Program-made: the position numbers and the translations under genes | The notes under the pieces: model-generated | Told to the model about the DNA's origin: nothing | What the model saw: only the letters and a program-made list of their open reading frames with translations | Databases searched by the model: none | Shown: in pieces, positions 9,551 to 20,320 of the stretch | How positions within the stretch are numbered: position 1 is the stretch's first letter | Layout of the letters: each line of letters begins with the position of its first letter | NCBI GenBank assembly: GCA_963823335.1 | Contig: CAWGLD010000004.1 | Location: 448,001-512,000 of the forward strand | Source: an uncultured delta proteobacterium | GTDB taxonomy: Bacteria; Desulfobacterota; Desulfobacteria; Desulfobacterales; B30-G6 | Length of the DNA: 64,000 nucleotides | Direction of reading: 5' to 3'

Positions 9551-11386
9551 TTAGCCCCTCTCGTTGAGAGCAATGTATTCTTCTTCGGACAGGATCGTGA
9601 CGTTCAGGGTACGCGCTTTCTCAAGCTTGGCCGCCCCCACCTTCTCGCCACACACCAGTATGTCGGTGGAACTGCTCACCGCTGTCTGCACCCTGGCTCC
9701 CAGTCGTCGCGCATCCGCCTGCATGGCCTCACGGGTGCCGTGCAGCATTTTACCGGTGAAGACAATACCCTTGCCGGCAACGGCGCTTTCGACCGTCTGT
9801 GTCTCATGAACAAGGGGCGTGGTTACAAGGTTGAAGCCGAGGGCCAGCATGTGGTCGATGGTCTTTCTGAGATCCTGAATACCTTTGTGGATGGACTGGC
9901 TTGTTATGCCCCCGAAGCCGTTGATACCCTCGATGCGTGTACGATCCGCTTCCAGGAGGTCCTGGAGCGTCATGTGGGAAAGCAGCTTCCTGCTGTCTCC
10001 GGTTCCCAGGTTCGAAATTCCCAGGGCCGCCAGAAACCGCCAGTCTTCCACGGCTTTGTTCCTGCTGATATGCAGGGCCTCTACCAGATTTTTTGACTGC
10101 ACAGGCCCGAACCCCATGTCAGTGAATTCCGCTTCCGTCAAAGCGTAGATCTTCTCCAGACAATCGTATCCACTTTCCACTAGCTTCTGTATGGTTTTGA
10201 TGCCGAACCAATCCGCGTTCCCAAGGGTTTTAAACCAGTGGCTGATACCCTGTTCCATCTGAGCCCGGCACAAACGATTGTCGCATTTCAGAAAATCATT
10301 CTGCCACACTAGCTTCGTCAAGCACACCGGGCACACTGACGGAAGAGCAACGTCCTGGGATGGTTTCAAAACCTTTTCCAACTTGGGAATGACTTCACCG
10401 CTCCTGATGATTTCAATTTCCGAACCCGGCCCTATTTTTTCTTTGAGCACCATACCCGCATGGTGAGCGGTGACCCTCCGAATTGTGGCACCCGAAAGGG
10501 AGATGGGTTCGACCTCCATGACCGGTGTGATATTTCCGGTTCTGCCCACCTGCCAGGTAACTGCATGCACCACCGTGACGGCGGTGTCACCCTTTGTCTT
10601 GATGGCGATCTGCCAGCGGTAGTGGTGGGCGGTGGCGCCCATGGTTTCCCTGATCTCCGGGTTCATCACTTCGGCAACCGCACCGTCCATGGGGTAGTCT
10701 GTCTGATGGGCCAGATCCGCCAGAATCGTATCGATATTGCACAGCATGGTATCCGCATCGCCTTCCCAGGAAGCAAGCTGACTGTATGGCACAAAATGGA
10801 CCGCCTGATCCTCAAGGGCCTTTCGAGCCGATTCATTCAAGGTGTCCGAGGAGACAATACCCACCACCATGTTGCGGGGATGCTCGAACGAACCGGACAG
10901 CTGTTCGTCAAAATAGGCTTTCTTGATAACGATCTCGCCGACACCCAGCCCCCGTCCCCCCACAGGAAAGACGCCTTTTGAAAATGCATTGCTGATATCG
11001 TAACCGACTTCTCCGTTTCCTCTGGAAGCCAGAACCCTGCCATCGTCCCGCCCGGCAAGACCATCCAGCTTCGGGGTAACCCGGTAGACAATATCTTCTA
11101 TGAGCATGTCTTTGGCCACTTTGGACACCCGCGTAACGAATCGCTCCAAGGCCTCTTTGGTATAGGCCTTGTCCGTGGACAGCATAGGTATTGGATGCCG
11201 GATTTCATTTTTGCCAGAAAATGTCTCGGGCTCCACGGCATGCAGAAAAGGATGGCCGGGATCGAGACTGCGCAGCTCCTCCACCAGCCGGTCATAATCA
11301 GCATCGCTGACAAGGGGTGAACCCTTTCGGTAGGCTTCGTTGTAAACCGACAATTTTCGGAGAATTTCGTCGATACTGTCCGTCAT
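9551..11386 (-). CDS. NAD-dependent DNA ligase family protein (divergent, compact)
   Basis: YR.G.P.VSDADYD, KLDG adenylation motif, QVGRTG, IIRSGEVIP, C4 zinc finger, HhH repeats, C-terminal BRCT. Confidence 0.85.
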   Translation of the reverse strand: MTDSIDEILRKLSVYNEAYRKGSPLVSDADYDRLVEELRSLDPGHPFLHAVEPETFSGKNEIRHPIPMLSTDKAYTKEALERFVTRVSKVAKDMLIEDIVYRVTPKLDGLAGRDDGRVLASRGNGEVGYDISNAFSKGVFPVGGRGLGVGEIVIKKAYFDEQLSGSFEHPRNMVVGIVSSDTLNESARKALEDQAVHFVPYSQLASWEGDADTMLCNIDTILADLAHQTDYPMDGAVAEVMNPEIRETMGATAHHYRWQIAIKTKGDTAVTVVHAVTWQVGRTGNITPVMEVEPISLSGATIRRVTAHHAGMVLKEKIGPGSEIEIIRSGEVIPKLEKVLKPSQDVALPSVCPVCLTKLVWQNDFLKCDNRLCRAQMEQGISHWFKTLGNADWFGIKTIQKLVESGYDCLEKIYALTEAEFTDMGFGPVQSKNLVEALHISRNKAVEDWRFLAALGISNLGTGDSRKLLSHMTLQDLLEADRTRIEGINGFGGITSQSIHKGIQDLRKTIDHMLALGFNLVTTPLVHETQTVESAVAGKGIVFTGKMLHGTREAMQADARRLGARVQTAVSSSTDILVCGEKVGAAKLEKARTLNVTILSEEEYIALNERG

Positions 11387-12129
11387 GTCAGTCCCTCACA
11401 CAGTTTTCCGACAATCATCGCCGCATCTTTTCGTGCTTGCCTGAATCGCTCACTTTTAAATCCAGGTTTCCAGGTCAGGCTGGAGAGTTCGTCAGACACC
11501 ACCAGAAGACCGGCCACATCCACGCCGTGAAACATGCCCACGGACAACAGGGCCGACAGTTCCATTTCCACGGCCAGAACACCTCTTTTCTGAAAAGATC
11601 GAACCGCCTCCCGGGTTTCCCGAAAGGCCGCATCCGTGGTCCAAACCAGACCCTCATGAAAGGTTATTCGTTCCGATTTCAGGGTCTGCCGGGTTTTTCC
11701 CAGGATAAGAGTTGACGGTACCACAAGATCCAAAGTCTTTTGCTGATAGTGAAGAGAAGTACCCTCGTCCACCAGGGCACCATTAGGAACAATCATGTCA
11801 CCGATGTGGACCTTTTTTGATATGGCACCACACCATCCCATGAAAACGATTCGTGTAACGCCCCAGGCGATCAGTGTTTCCAGGATCATGGTCCCATAGG
11901 GCGCTCCGATAAAAGGCCCGCACAGGGACATGCCGGCACTCCGGCCGGATCCAACCGCGAGACTGGCCGTGTAGAGATGCCGGTTGCCCAGGTCTTCAAA
12001 CTCCATGAGGCCTTTGAGCAATTGAAAGTCCGGCGTGGTTGCCGCCATCACGGAGACAGGCCCGAGTTCGGGCGTGTTCCGGGTCTTGACGGGTCTGATC
12101 ACAGGTGTGGAATCAGGTGAGGAAGGCAT
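11383..12129 (-). CDS. Nucleoside phosphorylase (PNP/UDP family 1)
   Basis: IGAP, GWCGA, DEGTS.HY, WTTDAAFRET, AVEME; ATG 12129 has SD GGAGAAG. Confidence 0.85.
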   Translation of the reverse strand: MPSSPDSTPVIRPVKTRNTPELGPVSVMAATTPDFQLLKGLMEFEDLGNRHLYTASLAVGSGRSAGMSLCGPFIGAPYGTMILETLIAWGVTRIVFMGWCGAISKKVHIGDMIVPNGALVDEGTSLHYQQKTLDLVVPSTLILGKTRQTLKSERITFHEGLVWTTDAAFRETREAVRSFQKRGVLAVEMELSALLSVGMFHGVDVAGLLVVSDELSSLTWKPGFKSERFRQARKDAAMIVGKLCEGLT

Positions 12130-12256
12130 CTTCTCCCATTGCAAGATTACGTTAGTAAAGAATCCAAGTACAGAGAACAAGGCATTGGTTTGCCCCTACA
12201 AGGGGTTTTTTCTCCAAGAGTGCGATCCAGAGAATTCAGAAATTACAGAAAATAAT

Positions 12257-12417
12257 TTGAACGTCGAACATCGAACACTCAACATGCAATGTCGAATGTA
12301 GACAGCGGTCGTGCAGGGCAGGCGCTTGTGTTGAGTGTTACCTTGTTCCCTTATAGAAAAAGATAGAATAGCATTTAGCTTCGATGTTCGATGTTGGGCG
12401 TTCATCTTTAACGTTCA
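12257..12417. repeat. Inverted pair of heptamer tandem arrays (TCGAACA)n ... (TGTTCGA)n
   Basis: gaacgtcgaacatcgaacactcaac at 12257-12297 and ttcgatgttcgatgttgggcgttca at 12380-12404. Confidence 0.75.
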
Positions 12418-12419
12418 GC

Positions 12420-12674
12420 TTATACCGGTGCAGCCAGCCTCGTTAATGTCTCCTTCACCTCATCGATCACGTCATACAACCATAACACATCTTCCACGGT
12501 CAATCGGCCGGCCTTCATGGGCGCCCTTTCGCCCCCTTCCTTTTTCATCAGAATTCGGGGACCGATCTGCACCTTGGGCTGCCCTTCGTTATATTGATTG
12601 ATGGAGATGATGAGACCGGTTTCCTCACACCGCCATGTTTTCAGTACCTTATCCTTTTCAGGGTCAAACGGCAT
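12420..12674 (-). CDS. Small hypothetical protein (84 aa), possible PC4-like fold
   Basis: Strong SD (GGGAGG) directly after the glyS stop; beta-strand-rich core then helix. Confidence 0.75.
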   Translation of the reverse strand: MPFDPEKDKVLKTWRCEETGLIISINQYNEGQPKVQIGPRILMKKEGGERAPMKAGRLTVEDVLWLYDVIDEVKETLTRLAAPV

Positions 12675-12686
12675 CGCTATCCTCCC

Positions 12687-14768
12687 TTATGAGACCGACA
12701 ATTTTGAAAAATCGGCAAATTTATCGAAAAGTTCGGCAATATTGCCGAGAAGTGCCAGCCGGTTAAGCCTGACATTCTTGTCTTCAGCCATGACCAGCAC
12801 ACCGTCAAAAAAAGCATCCACGCAATCCCGCAGAGACGCAATTTCCAACAGGCCTTCTTCAAAACGGCCCTCTTCCAGGTGCGCCAGTGCCCGCTGCCTG
12901 ACATCCATAAACGCTGCAGACAAATCATGCTCTGATGGATGCTCAAACAACTGTTTGTCCACCACAACACCCTCAAAGCCCTCTGCCTTGCGGATAATGT
13001 TGACCACTCTCTTGAACGAAACCGCCAGGGGTTCAAAATCCGGCGCCCCCTTCAGTCGCTCAAGGGCATTCACCCTGCTCCATACCTCGGGCACAGCCTC
13101 TACCCCGGCACTGACCACCGCAGCGATAACGTCCTTTGAACAGCCTTCCTCCACCAACTGGCGCGACATGCGGTTTTTCAAAAAAGTGAGGACATTTTCA
13201 GCTGTCTCTGCAACATTCTTTGGGCTTTTCTCTGAAAAGAGTGCCAGCGATTTCACGATCATGTCTTTCAGCGGAATCGACAACCCCTGGTCCAGCATGA
13301 TATTGATGATACCAATACCCTGGCGCCGGAGCGCATAGGGATCGGAAGCACCGGTGGGTACCAGACCTACCGAAAAACAGCCGCATATTGAATCGATCTT
13401 ATCGGCTATCGCCAGAACGGCGCCGGTTACTGTTTTCGGAAGCGGTCCCCCCGAATAGGTGGGACGGTAATGTTCCTCTATGGCCGAGGCTACGTCTGCC
13501 GGTTCTCGGGAAAACGTGGCATAAACACGCCCCATGATTCCCTGCAGCTTGGGAAATTCTACCACCACCTGGCTCACCAGATCTGCCTTACAGAGACCGG
13601 CAGCCCGTACCACGCGTTCATGAAAAGCTGAATCAGTGGAGACCAGCCCGGCCACATAGGCACCAATTTTCATGACTCGCTGAATCTTTTCGGCCATGGT
13701 GCCGAGAGCGGCCTGAAAAAGAACGCCCCGCAGACGTTCATTCCAGGGCCCGAAAAGCACCTTCACATCACTCTGATAAAAGAATTGTGCATCCGCAAGC
13801 CGTGCTCGCAGCACCCGTTCATGCCCTCTTGCCACAAGACTGAGATCTTTGGTGCGGGTGTTGTTAACGGCGATAAAATAGGGCATCAGGTTCCCGGCAT
13901 CATCTACCACGGCAAAATATTTCTGGTGCTCCCGCATGGCCGTAATCAGGATTTCACGGGGGATGTCCAGAAAATCTTCATCAAATCTGCCGGCTGTCGC
14001 CACCGGATACTCCACAAGATTGGTGACGATATCGAGCAACTCCTCATCCGGCAGTATGTTGCCACCCACACCTGCGGCGGCGGCTTCTATTTCTCGGACT
14101 GTGTCCTTTTTTCGCACCGCCATATCCACCACCACATGGGCGGCTTGCAGTTTGTCCACATATTCTTCTGGTTCGCTGATTTTGATTTTTGACGGATTCA
14201 TGTAGCTATGGCCGTATGTGGTCCTACCACTCCTGATATTACCCAACTGGAACGGTACTATCTGAGATCCCAGTAAAGCCAGAATAGAATGGATGGGCCG
14301 CGCAAAGGTGATATTCAGTTCACCCCATTTCATGGTTTTTGGAAAGGGTATGGACAGAACAACCTCCGGCAGCATCTGCTTCAAAATGGTTCGGGTCGCC
14401 AGGCCTCGCTCCACAACCTTGGCACACACATAGGATCCCTTTTCCGTCTTTTTCAACTTGAGGGCCCCGACATCCACGCCAACCTTTTCCGCAAATTTCT
14501 GAATCGCCACGGTGGGGTTACCGGCAGCGTCATAGGCCACTTTCTGCGGCGGCCCCAGCACCTCTGTGGTCACCGTCTTCTGTCTGGTGGCAACATTATC
14601 GATCACGACAGCCAGGTGCCTCGGGGTACCGTACGTACTGACCGCTCCATTCGCGATCCGGGCGGCGGTCAGTTTGTTTTTGAGAGTTGTCGAAAGCGCT
14701 TTCAGTGCCGGTGCTATGTAACCGGCCGGTATCTCCTCGGCACCGATTTCAAGCAATAATTTCTTCAT
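12687..14768 (-). CDS. glyS: Glycine-tRNA ligase beta subunit
   Basis: [44 protein letters not shown]. Confidence 0.97.
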   Translation of the reverse strand: MKKLLLEIGAEEIPAGYIAPALKALSTTLKNKLTAARIANGAVSTYGTPRHLAVVIDNVATRQKTVTTEVLGPPQKVAYDAAGNPTVAIQKFAEKVGVDVGALKLKKTEKGSYVCAKVVERGLATRTILKQMLPEVVLSIPFPKTMKWGELNITFARPIHSILALLGSQIVPFQLGNIRSGRTTYGHSYMNPSKIKISEPEEYVDKLQAAHVVVDMAVRKKDTVREIEAAAAGVGGNILPDEELLDIVTNLVEYPVATAGRFDEDFLDIPREILITAMREHQKYFAVVDDAGNLMPYFIAVNNTRTKDLSLVARGHERVLRARLADAQFFYQSDVKVLFGPWNERLRGVLFQAALGTMAEKIQRVMKIGAYVAGLVSTDSAFHERVVRAAGLCKADLVSQVVVEFPKLQGIMGRVYATFSREPADVASAIEEHYRPTYSGGPLPKTVTGAVLAIADKIDSICGCFSVGLVPTGASDPYALRRQGIGIINIMLDQGLSIPLKDMIVKSLALFSEKSPKNVAETAENVLTFLKNRMSRQLVEEGCSKDVIAAVVSAGVEAVPEVWSRVNALERLKGAPDFEPLAVSFKRVVNIIRKAEGFEGVVVDKQLFEHPSEHDLSAAFMDVRQRALAHLEEGRFEEGLLEIASLRDCVDAFFDGVLVMAEDKNVRLNRLALLGNIAELFDKFADFSKLSVS

Positions 14769-15660
14769 ATTTTCCCCTTATAAATTCGCATTGCGAATTC
14801 ATTAATGGATACCCCATGGCTTCCCGCTGCTTCAAATAGCCTTCGGCGCAAAGCCGGGCCAGGTTCCGTATGCGCCCGATGTATCCAGTCCTTTCGGTTA
14901 CGCTGATGGCACCCCTCGCGTCCAGGAGGTTGAACGTGTGGGAGCACTTCAGACAGAATTCATAAGCAGGAATGACCAGATCCATGGCAATTGTTTTCTG
15001 CGACTCCGATTCAAACCTGGCAAACAACTCCAGAAGCATATTCACGTCGGCCTTTTCAAAATTATATGTGGATTGCTCCACTTCCTGACGGTGATGCACC
15101 TGGCCATAGGTAATCGTATCGTTCCACATGAGATCGTACACATTGTCGACCCCCTGCAGATACATGGCGATGCGCTCCAGACCATAGGTCAGCTCCACGG
15201 GAATCGGAGACAATTCCACACTCCCGGCCTGTTGAAAATACGTAAACTGCGTAATTTCCATGCCATCCAGCCACACTTCCCATCCCAGACCGGACGCGCC
15301 GAGCGTAGGAGATTCCCAGTCGTCTTCCACGAACCGGATATCATGTTCCAGAGGATCGATACCCAGAACCTTCATGCTCTGCAGGTATTGCCGCTGTACA
15401 TCCGGCGGTGAGGGCTTCAGGAGGACCTGATACTGGTAGTAATGCTGCAGCCGGTTCGGGTTCTCACCGTACCTGCCGTCTGTGGGTCGCCTGGACGGCT
15501 GAACATAGGCTACCTTCCAGGGTTCCGGTCCCAGTGCCTTCAATGTCGTATTGTGATGAAAGGTGCCGGCCCCTACCTCCAGATCGTAAGGCTGCGTAAC
15601 CACACATCCTTTCCGCGCCCAGAACGTGTCCAGCTTTAATATTACGTCTTGGAAATTCAT
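14749..15660 (-). CDS. glyQ: Glycine-tRNA ligase alpha subunit
   Basis: [48 protein letters not shown]. Confidence 0.98.
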   Translation of the reverse strand: MNFQDVILKLDTFWARKGCVVTQPYDLEVGAGTFHHNTTLKALGPEPWKVAYVQPSRRPTDGRYGENPNRLQHYYQYQVLLKPSPPDVQRQYLQSMKVLGIDPLEHDIRFVEDDWESPTLGASGLGWEVWLDGMEITQFTYFQQAGSVELSPIPVELTYGLERIAMYLQGVDNVYDLMWNDTITYGQVHHRQEVEQSTYNFEKADVNMLLELFARFESESQKTIAMDLVIPAYEFCLKCSHTFNLLDARGAISVTERTGYIGRIRNLARLCAEGYLKQREAMGYPLMNSQCEFIRGKYEEIIA

Positions 15661-15683
15661 ACTCTGTCCTCTTACATGTCTGT

Positions 15684-15883
15684 GTTTATTGGGTTCATTG
15701 AGTTTGTTGGGTTTATTGAGTTCATAACGCTGGGGAGCCTGGAGGCTGGGATGCTGCTATCTGCTTTAAGCTGTCAGCCACCCTCCAACCCTTGTATCAC
15801 CCTCGAACCCTGGAACCCTAAATAAATATCCCCGGTTTCACCAACCCAACGAACACAATGAACCCAATAAACTCAAAGAACTC
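15684..15883. repeat. Inverted 9-mer arrays (GTTYATTGR)n/(YCAATRAAC)n enclosing 8-mer arrays
   Basis: About 4.5 units at 15684-15724, complement at 15841-15883; GCTGGGAN and GAACCCTN units in between. Confidence 0.75.
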
Positions 15884-16940
15884 TAGCAACCACTCCCCTG
15901 CCATCAACACCCGAATCGAGTATCTGCGCACCATTCCGCTGACGAAGAATGTTCTCCCATATCCCCCTGAGTCTGTCAATATCTTCCACGGCTCCCAATG
16001 CCCAGACACATCCGCCGCCTCCGGCCCCTGTAAATCGAACCCCACAGGCGTTTTCCACTGCCGATGCCCGCAATTGCTCTCCCATCTCGTCGAAGACTTC
16101 CGGTGTCATCTCCCGCCGAAGTGCCACCTCTCTGTTCATGCAGCGTGCCGCCTCCCTATAATTCTGGCCAATCATGGCATCAATAAATTGTTGGGTAATA
16201 CGGCAGATTTCCTCCCATTTTTGGCGATGCTTCCCGGCGATGAACTGTCTGACCCACTGGTTGTTGACATCTTTGGAAACATGCGGCACCCCGCAATAGG
16301 CCACCAGGATGTGCGACTCGATCTCAGGAAAACGGCGTGGTTCCACAACGGTAACTTTTTGAAATGACCGGCCGACACCCTCCTGAGCCCAATACCAGGC
16401 ATGGATACCTCCATAGGCTGCTGCCAGATGATCCTGAAGACCGCAGGGTACGCCTGCCACGCTGCCCTCCAGAGCATGGGCCAGCAAAGCTGTTTCCTGA
16501 ACCGGGGTCGCTGCTGCCCCCGCGGTGGCGAGAACGGCCTGAAACGCCGCTGCCAGGGCAACCGCCGCTGATGAAGATCCTCCCAGGGCACTCCTGGGAG
16601 GTGAGGCAGAGACAATGGAAATTTCTACTCCGTCTGCACTGAAATAGGTGGCAATGGCAAACATCAAACCCAGGGGAGGATCAAAAGGCGCCTGAGACAG
16701 TGAAAACGTTGTGGGTTCAAACCCTCTGGAGTTGATCTGCGTGACACCTTCTCGACCCGGCGTAACCCTTACCGTTGTCCGCATATCAAGAGCAATGTTA
16801 AAGGTACACGGCCTGAAACGTCTCAGGGGCAGATAAAATGTGCTCAGGTCCAAGGTCCCGCCCATGTCGATGCGACAGGGCGCCGAAGCCTCAACGTATC
16901 GGTCTTTCAAGAGATCTCTGATAGGTATCGTCATGGTCAT
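15873..16940 (-). CDS. GHMP family kinase (HddA/galactokinase-like)
   Basis: APCRIDMGG, PPRSALGGSS, CGLQD, RFTGAGGGG. Confidence 0.88.
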   Translation of the reverse strand: MTMTIPIRDLLKDRYVEASAPCRIDMGGTLDLSTFYLPLRRFRPCTFNIALDMRTTVRVTPGREGVTQINSRGFEPTTFSLSQAPFDPPLGLMFAIATYFSADGVEISIVSASPPRSALGGSSSAAVALAAAFQAVLATAGAAATPVQETALLAHALEGSVAGVPCGLQDHLAAAYGGIHAWYWAQEGVGRSFQKVTVVEPRRFPEIESHILVAYCGVPHVSKDVNNQWVRQFIAGKHRQKWEEICRITQQFIDAMIGQNYREAARCMNREVALRREMTPEVFDEMGEQLRASAVENACGVRFTGAGGGGCVWALGAVEDIDRLRGIWENILRQRNGAQILDSGVDGRGVVARVL

Positions 16941-16950
16941 ATCATTATGT

Positions 16951-17039
16951 TGTTCGTTGCGTTTATTGGGTTCATTGGGTGATAAGCAATATGCGATAAG
17001 CTGTAAGCTATAAGCGGCTTAAAGCTTATGGCTTACAGC
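16951..17039. repeat. 9-mer array plus inverted heptamer arrays (TAAGCTR)n/(YAGCTTA-like)n
   Basis: gtttattgggttcattggg then gataagctgtaagctataagc...gcttatggcttacagc. Confidence 0.7.
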
Positions 17040-17074
17040 GTATTGCTCTCATCGATCACCTGGACCCTTCTTTT

Positions 17075-17848
17075 CTATTCTGTCTGCAAACGAAGCCGGC
17101 GTAAAAATTTCAGGCTTTTCGGTTCCCTTCCCAGATGGTATGGGACAAAGGCTTCCAGAAAGGCGAGGCTCTCCCGCATGGCAGTTGGTGAAAAACGTAT
17201 TCTCCCGGCTTTGTTCAATTCACACGTGTTCAGCCACTGCAACTGTTTGATGGTTCCTTTTGACAGGCATCTTTGACCGGACGAATAAGGTGTGCAGTGT
17301 TCGCAGACAACACCGCCCTTTGCCAGATCGACATTGATTTTATAGTGACTCATGTCTGTCATATCCGAATGGCAGGTGCAACAATAATTCAGATTCGGGC
17401 ACAACCCGGACAAGGTGAGTAGCCGCATCTGAAACAGGATACTCAAGACCTCGTCAGGTATTTCCCCGGCATCGATCTCCTTGAGCACATAATCCAGAAG
17501 TTGGAAAACTGCCACCTGCGGTCTGCCGTCTTCCAAGGTGTCGTTTACGAGTTCAGCCCAGTAGCTGGCAAATGCGGTTTTGGTGATGCTCCCCCTGATG
17601 TTGTTCAAGGGACTCGAAAAAGAGGCTTCTGTGAGAACCGGCAATCCCTTACGATTACTTTTGCTGACGACAATATCCAGCAGGGAGAACAACTCCAGAA
17701 CACCGGAAAATCGTTTGGTACTTCGTTTGGCCGACTTTGCTATGGCGGTCATTTTGCCGTGCCGATAGGTCAAAAAAGTGATGATCAGATCAAAATCGCC
17801 ATAATCCAGGCGGCGGATCAGAATCGCGGGGGATGAAAAGAGCGACAT
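17075..17848 (-). CDS. recO: DNA repair protein RecO
   Basis: DYGDFDLI, AKSAKRS.KRF.G.LELF, CxxC...CxxC zinc site, KSL.FL end. Confidence 0.93.
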   Translation of the reverse strand: MSLFSSPAILIRRLDYGDFDLIITFLTYRHGKMTAIAKSAKRSTKRFSGVLELFSLLDIVVSKSNRKGLPVLTEASFSSPLNNIRGSITKTAFASYWAELVNDTLEDGRPQVAVFQLLDYVLKEIDAGEIPDEVLSILFQMRLLTLSGLCPNLNYCCTCHSDMTDMSHYKINVDLAKGGVVCEHCTPYSSGQRCLSKGTIKQLQWLNTCELNKAGRIRFSPTAMRESLAFLEAFVPYHLGREPKSLKFLRRLRLQTE

Positions 17849-17854
17849 TTCGGG

Positions 17855-19210
17855 TTAAATACCTAACAGCGAGGTGGCAATGGCAAAATAGAAAAATACA
17901 CTGATAATATCGATGGCGGTCGTTACAAAGGGACCTGTTGCTACGGCTGGGTCGACCTCGATTCTGGCAAAGAGCATGGGAACTAGGGAACCCACAAGTG
18001 CCGCCACAGACATGGAACAGATGACCGAAGACCCCACGGCAATGGCAAGCATGACCGTGCTGTATTTCAGCTGTGCAACGACCCCGATCAGAAGACCATA
18101 GACAAGCCCCAGAATCAGTCCGATGGAAAGTTCCTTAATAACCACCGGCCACAATTCACCTGTGTCTATTCGCCCCGTGGCAAGACCCCGGACGACAATG
18201 GTGGAGGATTGGGTGCCGATATTTCCGCCCATACCCATGATCACAGGTATAAAAGCAGCCAGGTAAGTCAGTTTTCTCAGGCTCTCTTCAAAATGACCGA
18301 TTACGAAAAAGGCGACGATGCCCCCAATGCAACTGGCAAAAAGCCAGGGAAGTCGTATACGCGTACTCTTGATAACAGATTTCGTCTCGACGAACTCCTC
18401 GCCCACACCTGCCATTTTCAAGATATCTTCGGTTGCCTCGCGCCTGAAAATATCGATGACATCATCGACGGTTACGATACCAACCAGCTTATTGGTGTCG
18501 TCCACCACGGGCACGGCCAGGATATCGTATCGGGCAACAATTTTTGCTACCTCCTCCTGATCCATATCTGTCTTTACGGAAAAAATATCCGTCACCATGA
18601 AGTCTTTCAGGGGTGTTTCAGGTACCACAACCACAAGTTGCCTAAGGGAACTGACACCTACCAGATTACCGTACTCATTGATGACATAGAGATAAAAGGG
18701 CATCTCCACATCTTGATGCTCTTTCTGCAAGGACTTGATTGCCTCGCCTGCCGTGACATCTTCGCGCAGCGCAATGAAATCAGGTACCATGATACCACCG
18801 GCGGTATCGTCTTCGTAGCGGAGCAGACCTTCGATCTCCTCCGACCCTTCCACCCGCATTTTATGAAGAATAGAATCTGACATCTCTTCAGGCAGTTTGC
18901 CGATTATGTCAGCGACATCATCGGTGGGCATATCCTCAAAAACCGCCACGACGTCTTCTATTTTCAAGGCCTCCACAAAGGATAAAAGGGTATCCTCTTC
19001 CAGTTCACTGAGCAGGATTCCTTTCTGCTCGATATCCTCGATCATGTGGAAAAGCTTGAGTTGTTCCGTCACGGAAAGTGAATTGAAGACCATCGACAGG
19101 TCGGCGGCGTGAGTTTTGGCCACGATCTTGCGCAGGTGCGGAAGGGCGTTGCGCCTCAGCAGTCGTTTGACGCTTTCTATCAGAATGGTATTTCGATCGC
19201 TCATGGCCAT
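17855..19210 (-). CDS. mgtE: Magnesium transporter MgtE
   Basis: TAGGIM, CBS pair, MGGNIGTQSST, DPAVATGPFVTT. Confidence 0.95.
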   Translation of the reverse strand: MAMSDRNTILIESVKRLLRRNALPHLRKIVAKTHAADLSMVFNSLSVTEQLKLFHMIEDIEQKGILLSELEEDTLLSFVEALKIEDVVAVFEDMPTDDVADIIGKLPEEMSDSILHKMRVEGSEEIEGLLRYEDDTAGGIMVPDFIALREDVTAGEAIKSLQKEHQDVEMPFYLYVINEYGNLVGVSSLRQLVVVVPETPLKDFMVTDIFSVKTDMDQEEVAKIVARYDILAVPVVDDTNKLVGIVTVDDVIDIFRREATEDILKMAGVGEEFVETKSVIKSTRIRLPWLFASCIGGIVAFFVIGHFEESLRKLTYLAAFIPVIMGMGGNIGTQSSTIVVRGLATGRIDTGELWPVVIKELSIGLILGLVYGLLIGVVAQLKYSTVMLAIAVGSSVICSMSVAALVGSLVPMLFARIEVDPAVATGPFVTTAIDIISVFFYFAIATSLLGI

Positions 19211-19296
19211 GTTGTCCCTGAAACTACTGTCTTGAAAGAAATCATAGCTTCGTTTAGAACCATGCAATGATTTCCTTAATAAATCAATCTATTAAA

Positions 19297-20298
19297 TTAG
19301 AGAATTATCTTTATATGGGATGATTCCCGCAACTTCTCAAGCCAGTCGATAAACGCTTTTTCGGTAAGCTCTTTAAACAGGGTCTCCTCGATCTGTGAAT
19401 AGACTTCCTCCAGTGACATTTCATTTTCTTTCAGTTTATTTTCAACAAAGAAGATCTGGTACCCCTGATCGGTATCCAGAACTGGGGTGTACTCTCCCTT
19501 CGTAAGGCCACCCAGCACTTCTTTCAGCTGGGGTGAAAAATCCTTGTATGGCAGTATCCCGAGATCACCACCATTTTTAGCCAGTACCGATTCCGAGTAT
19601 TCTCGGGCAAGAGAATCGAAAGATGCTCCTTTTTCCAGCGCTGCATGCACATTTTCCATTCTCTCCAGAACAGCCCGTTTCCCGTTTGCGCCGGCATTTT
19701 CCGAAACCCGCATGATAATGTTGCGAAGATGGTACGTCAGCTCACCCTGATACTTCTCGATGTTGCTTGCATAATATGCAGCAACATCTTCTTTTGTTAT
19801 CACTATGTTAGCCTTTACGGCCATGTTGACGAGCCTTGCCCTCAGTGTCTGTTCTTTCACCTTCTCCCGGTAAAGCTCGACTGTCATACCATCATTTTCA
19901 AGGGCTTTACGAAAATCCTCATCCGTCCACGACTTGTCTTTCTTGATCTGTTCGATATTATTGTCGATGTCTTCGTCGCTTGCGGTAATCCTGTAGCGCT
20001 TGATTTCCTGGTCGGTTATCTTCTGATCCACCAGTTTTTTGACCACATCGCTTCTGACCTCGTAAAGCATTTGCTGTTCTTTTTCAGGGTCATAACCCAC
20101 CGCTTTTATCCGTGCCTCATATGGAGCCATCTCCTTCTGAACTTCGAGATACGTAACGATGTCATCATTGACGATGGCAACAATACGCTCCACGATTTCG
20201 TCACCACCTGCAGGCGCCCCTCCAGTGAAGCCAACAATCCATATGGAAAGCCATATGAATCGACGCATGATCATCTTGAAATTCAAATACCTGGTCAT
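19297..20298 (-). CDS. SurA-like peptidyl-prolyl isomerase
   Basis: ERIVAIVNDDIVT N-domain; parvulin F..LAREYSE...GGDLG; exact start uncertain. Confidence 0.85.
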   Translation of the reverse strand: MTRYLNFKMIMRRFIWLSIWIVGFTGGAPAGGDEIVERIVAIVNDDIVTYLEVQKEMAPYEARIKAVGYDPEKEQQMLYEVRSDVVKKLVDQKITDQEIKRYRITASDEDIDNNIEQIKKDKSWTDEDFRKALENDGMTVELYREKVKEQTLRARLVNMAVKANIVITKEDVAAYYASNIEKYQGELTYHLRNIIMRVSENAGANGKRAVLERMENVHAALEKGASFDSLAREYSESVLAKNGGDLGILPYKDFSPQLKEVLGGLTKGEYTPVLDTDQGYQIFFVENKLKENEMSLEEVYSQIEETLFKELTEKAFIDWLEKLRESSHIKIIL

Positions 20299-20320
20299 CT
20301 GTTATATTAATCCGTGACAG

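Noticed and set aside
19211-19296. Mg2+ (M-box) riboswitch upstream of mgtE
   Set aside because: Spacer is only ~86 bp with no recognisable aptamer
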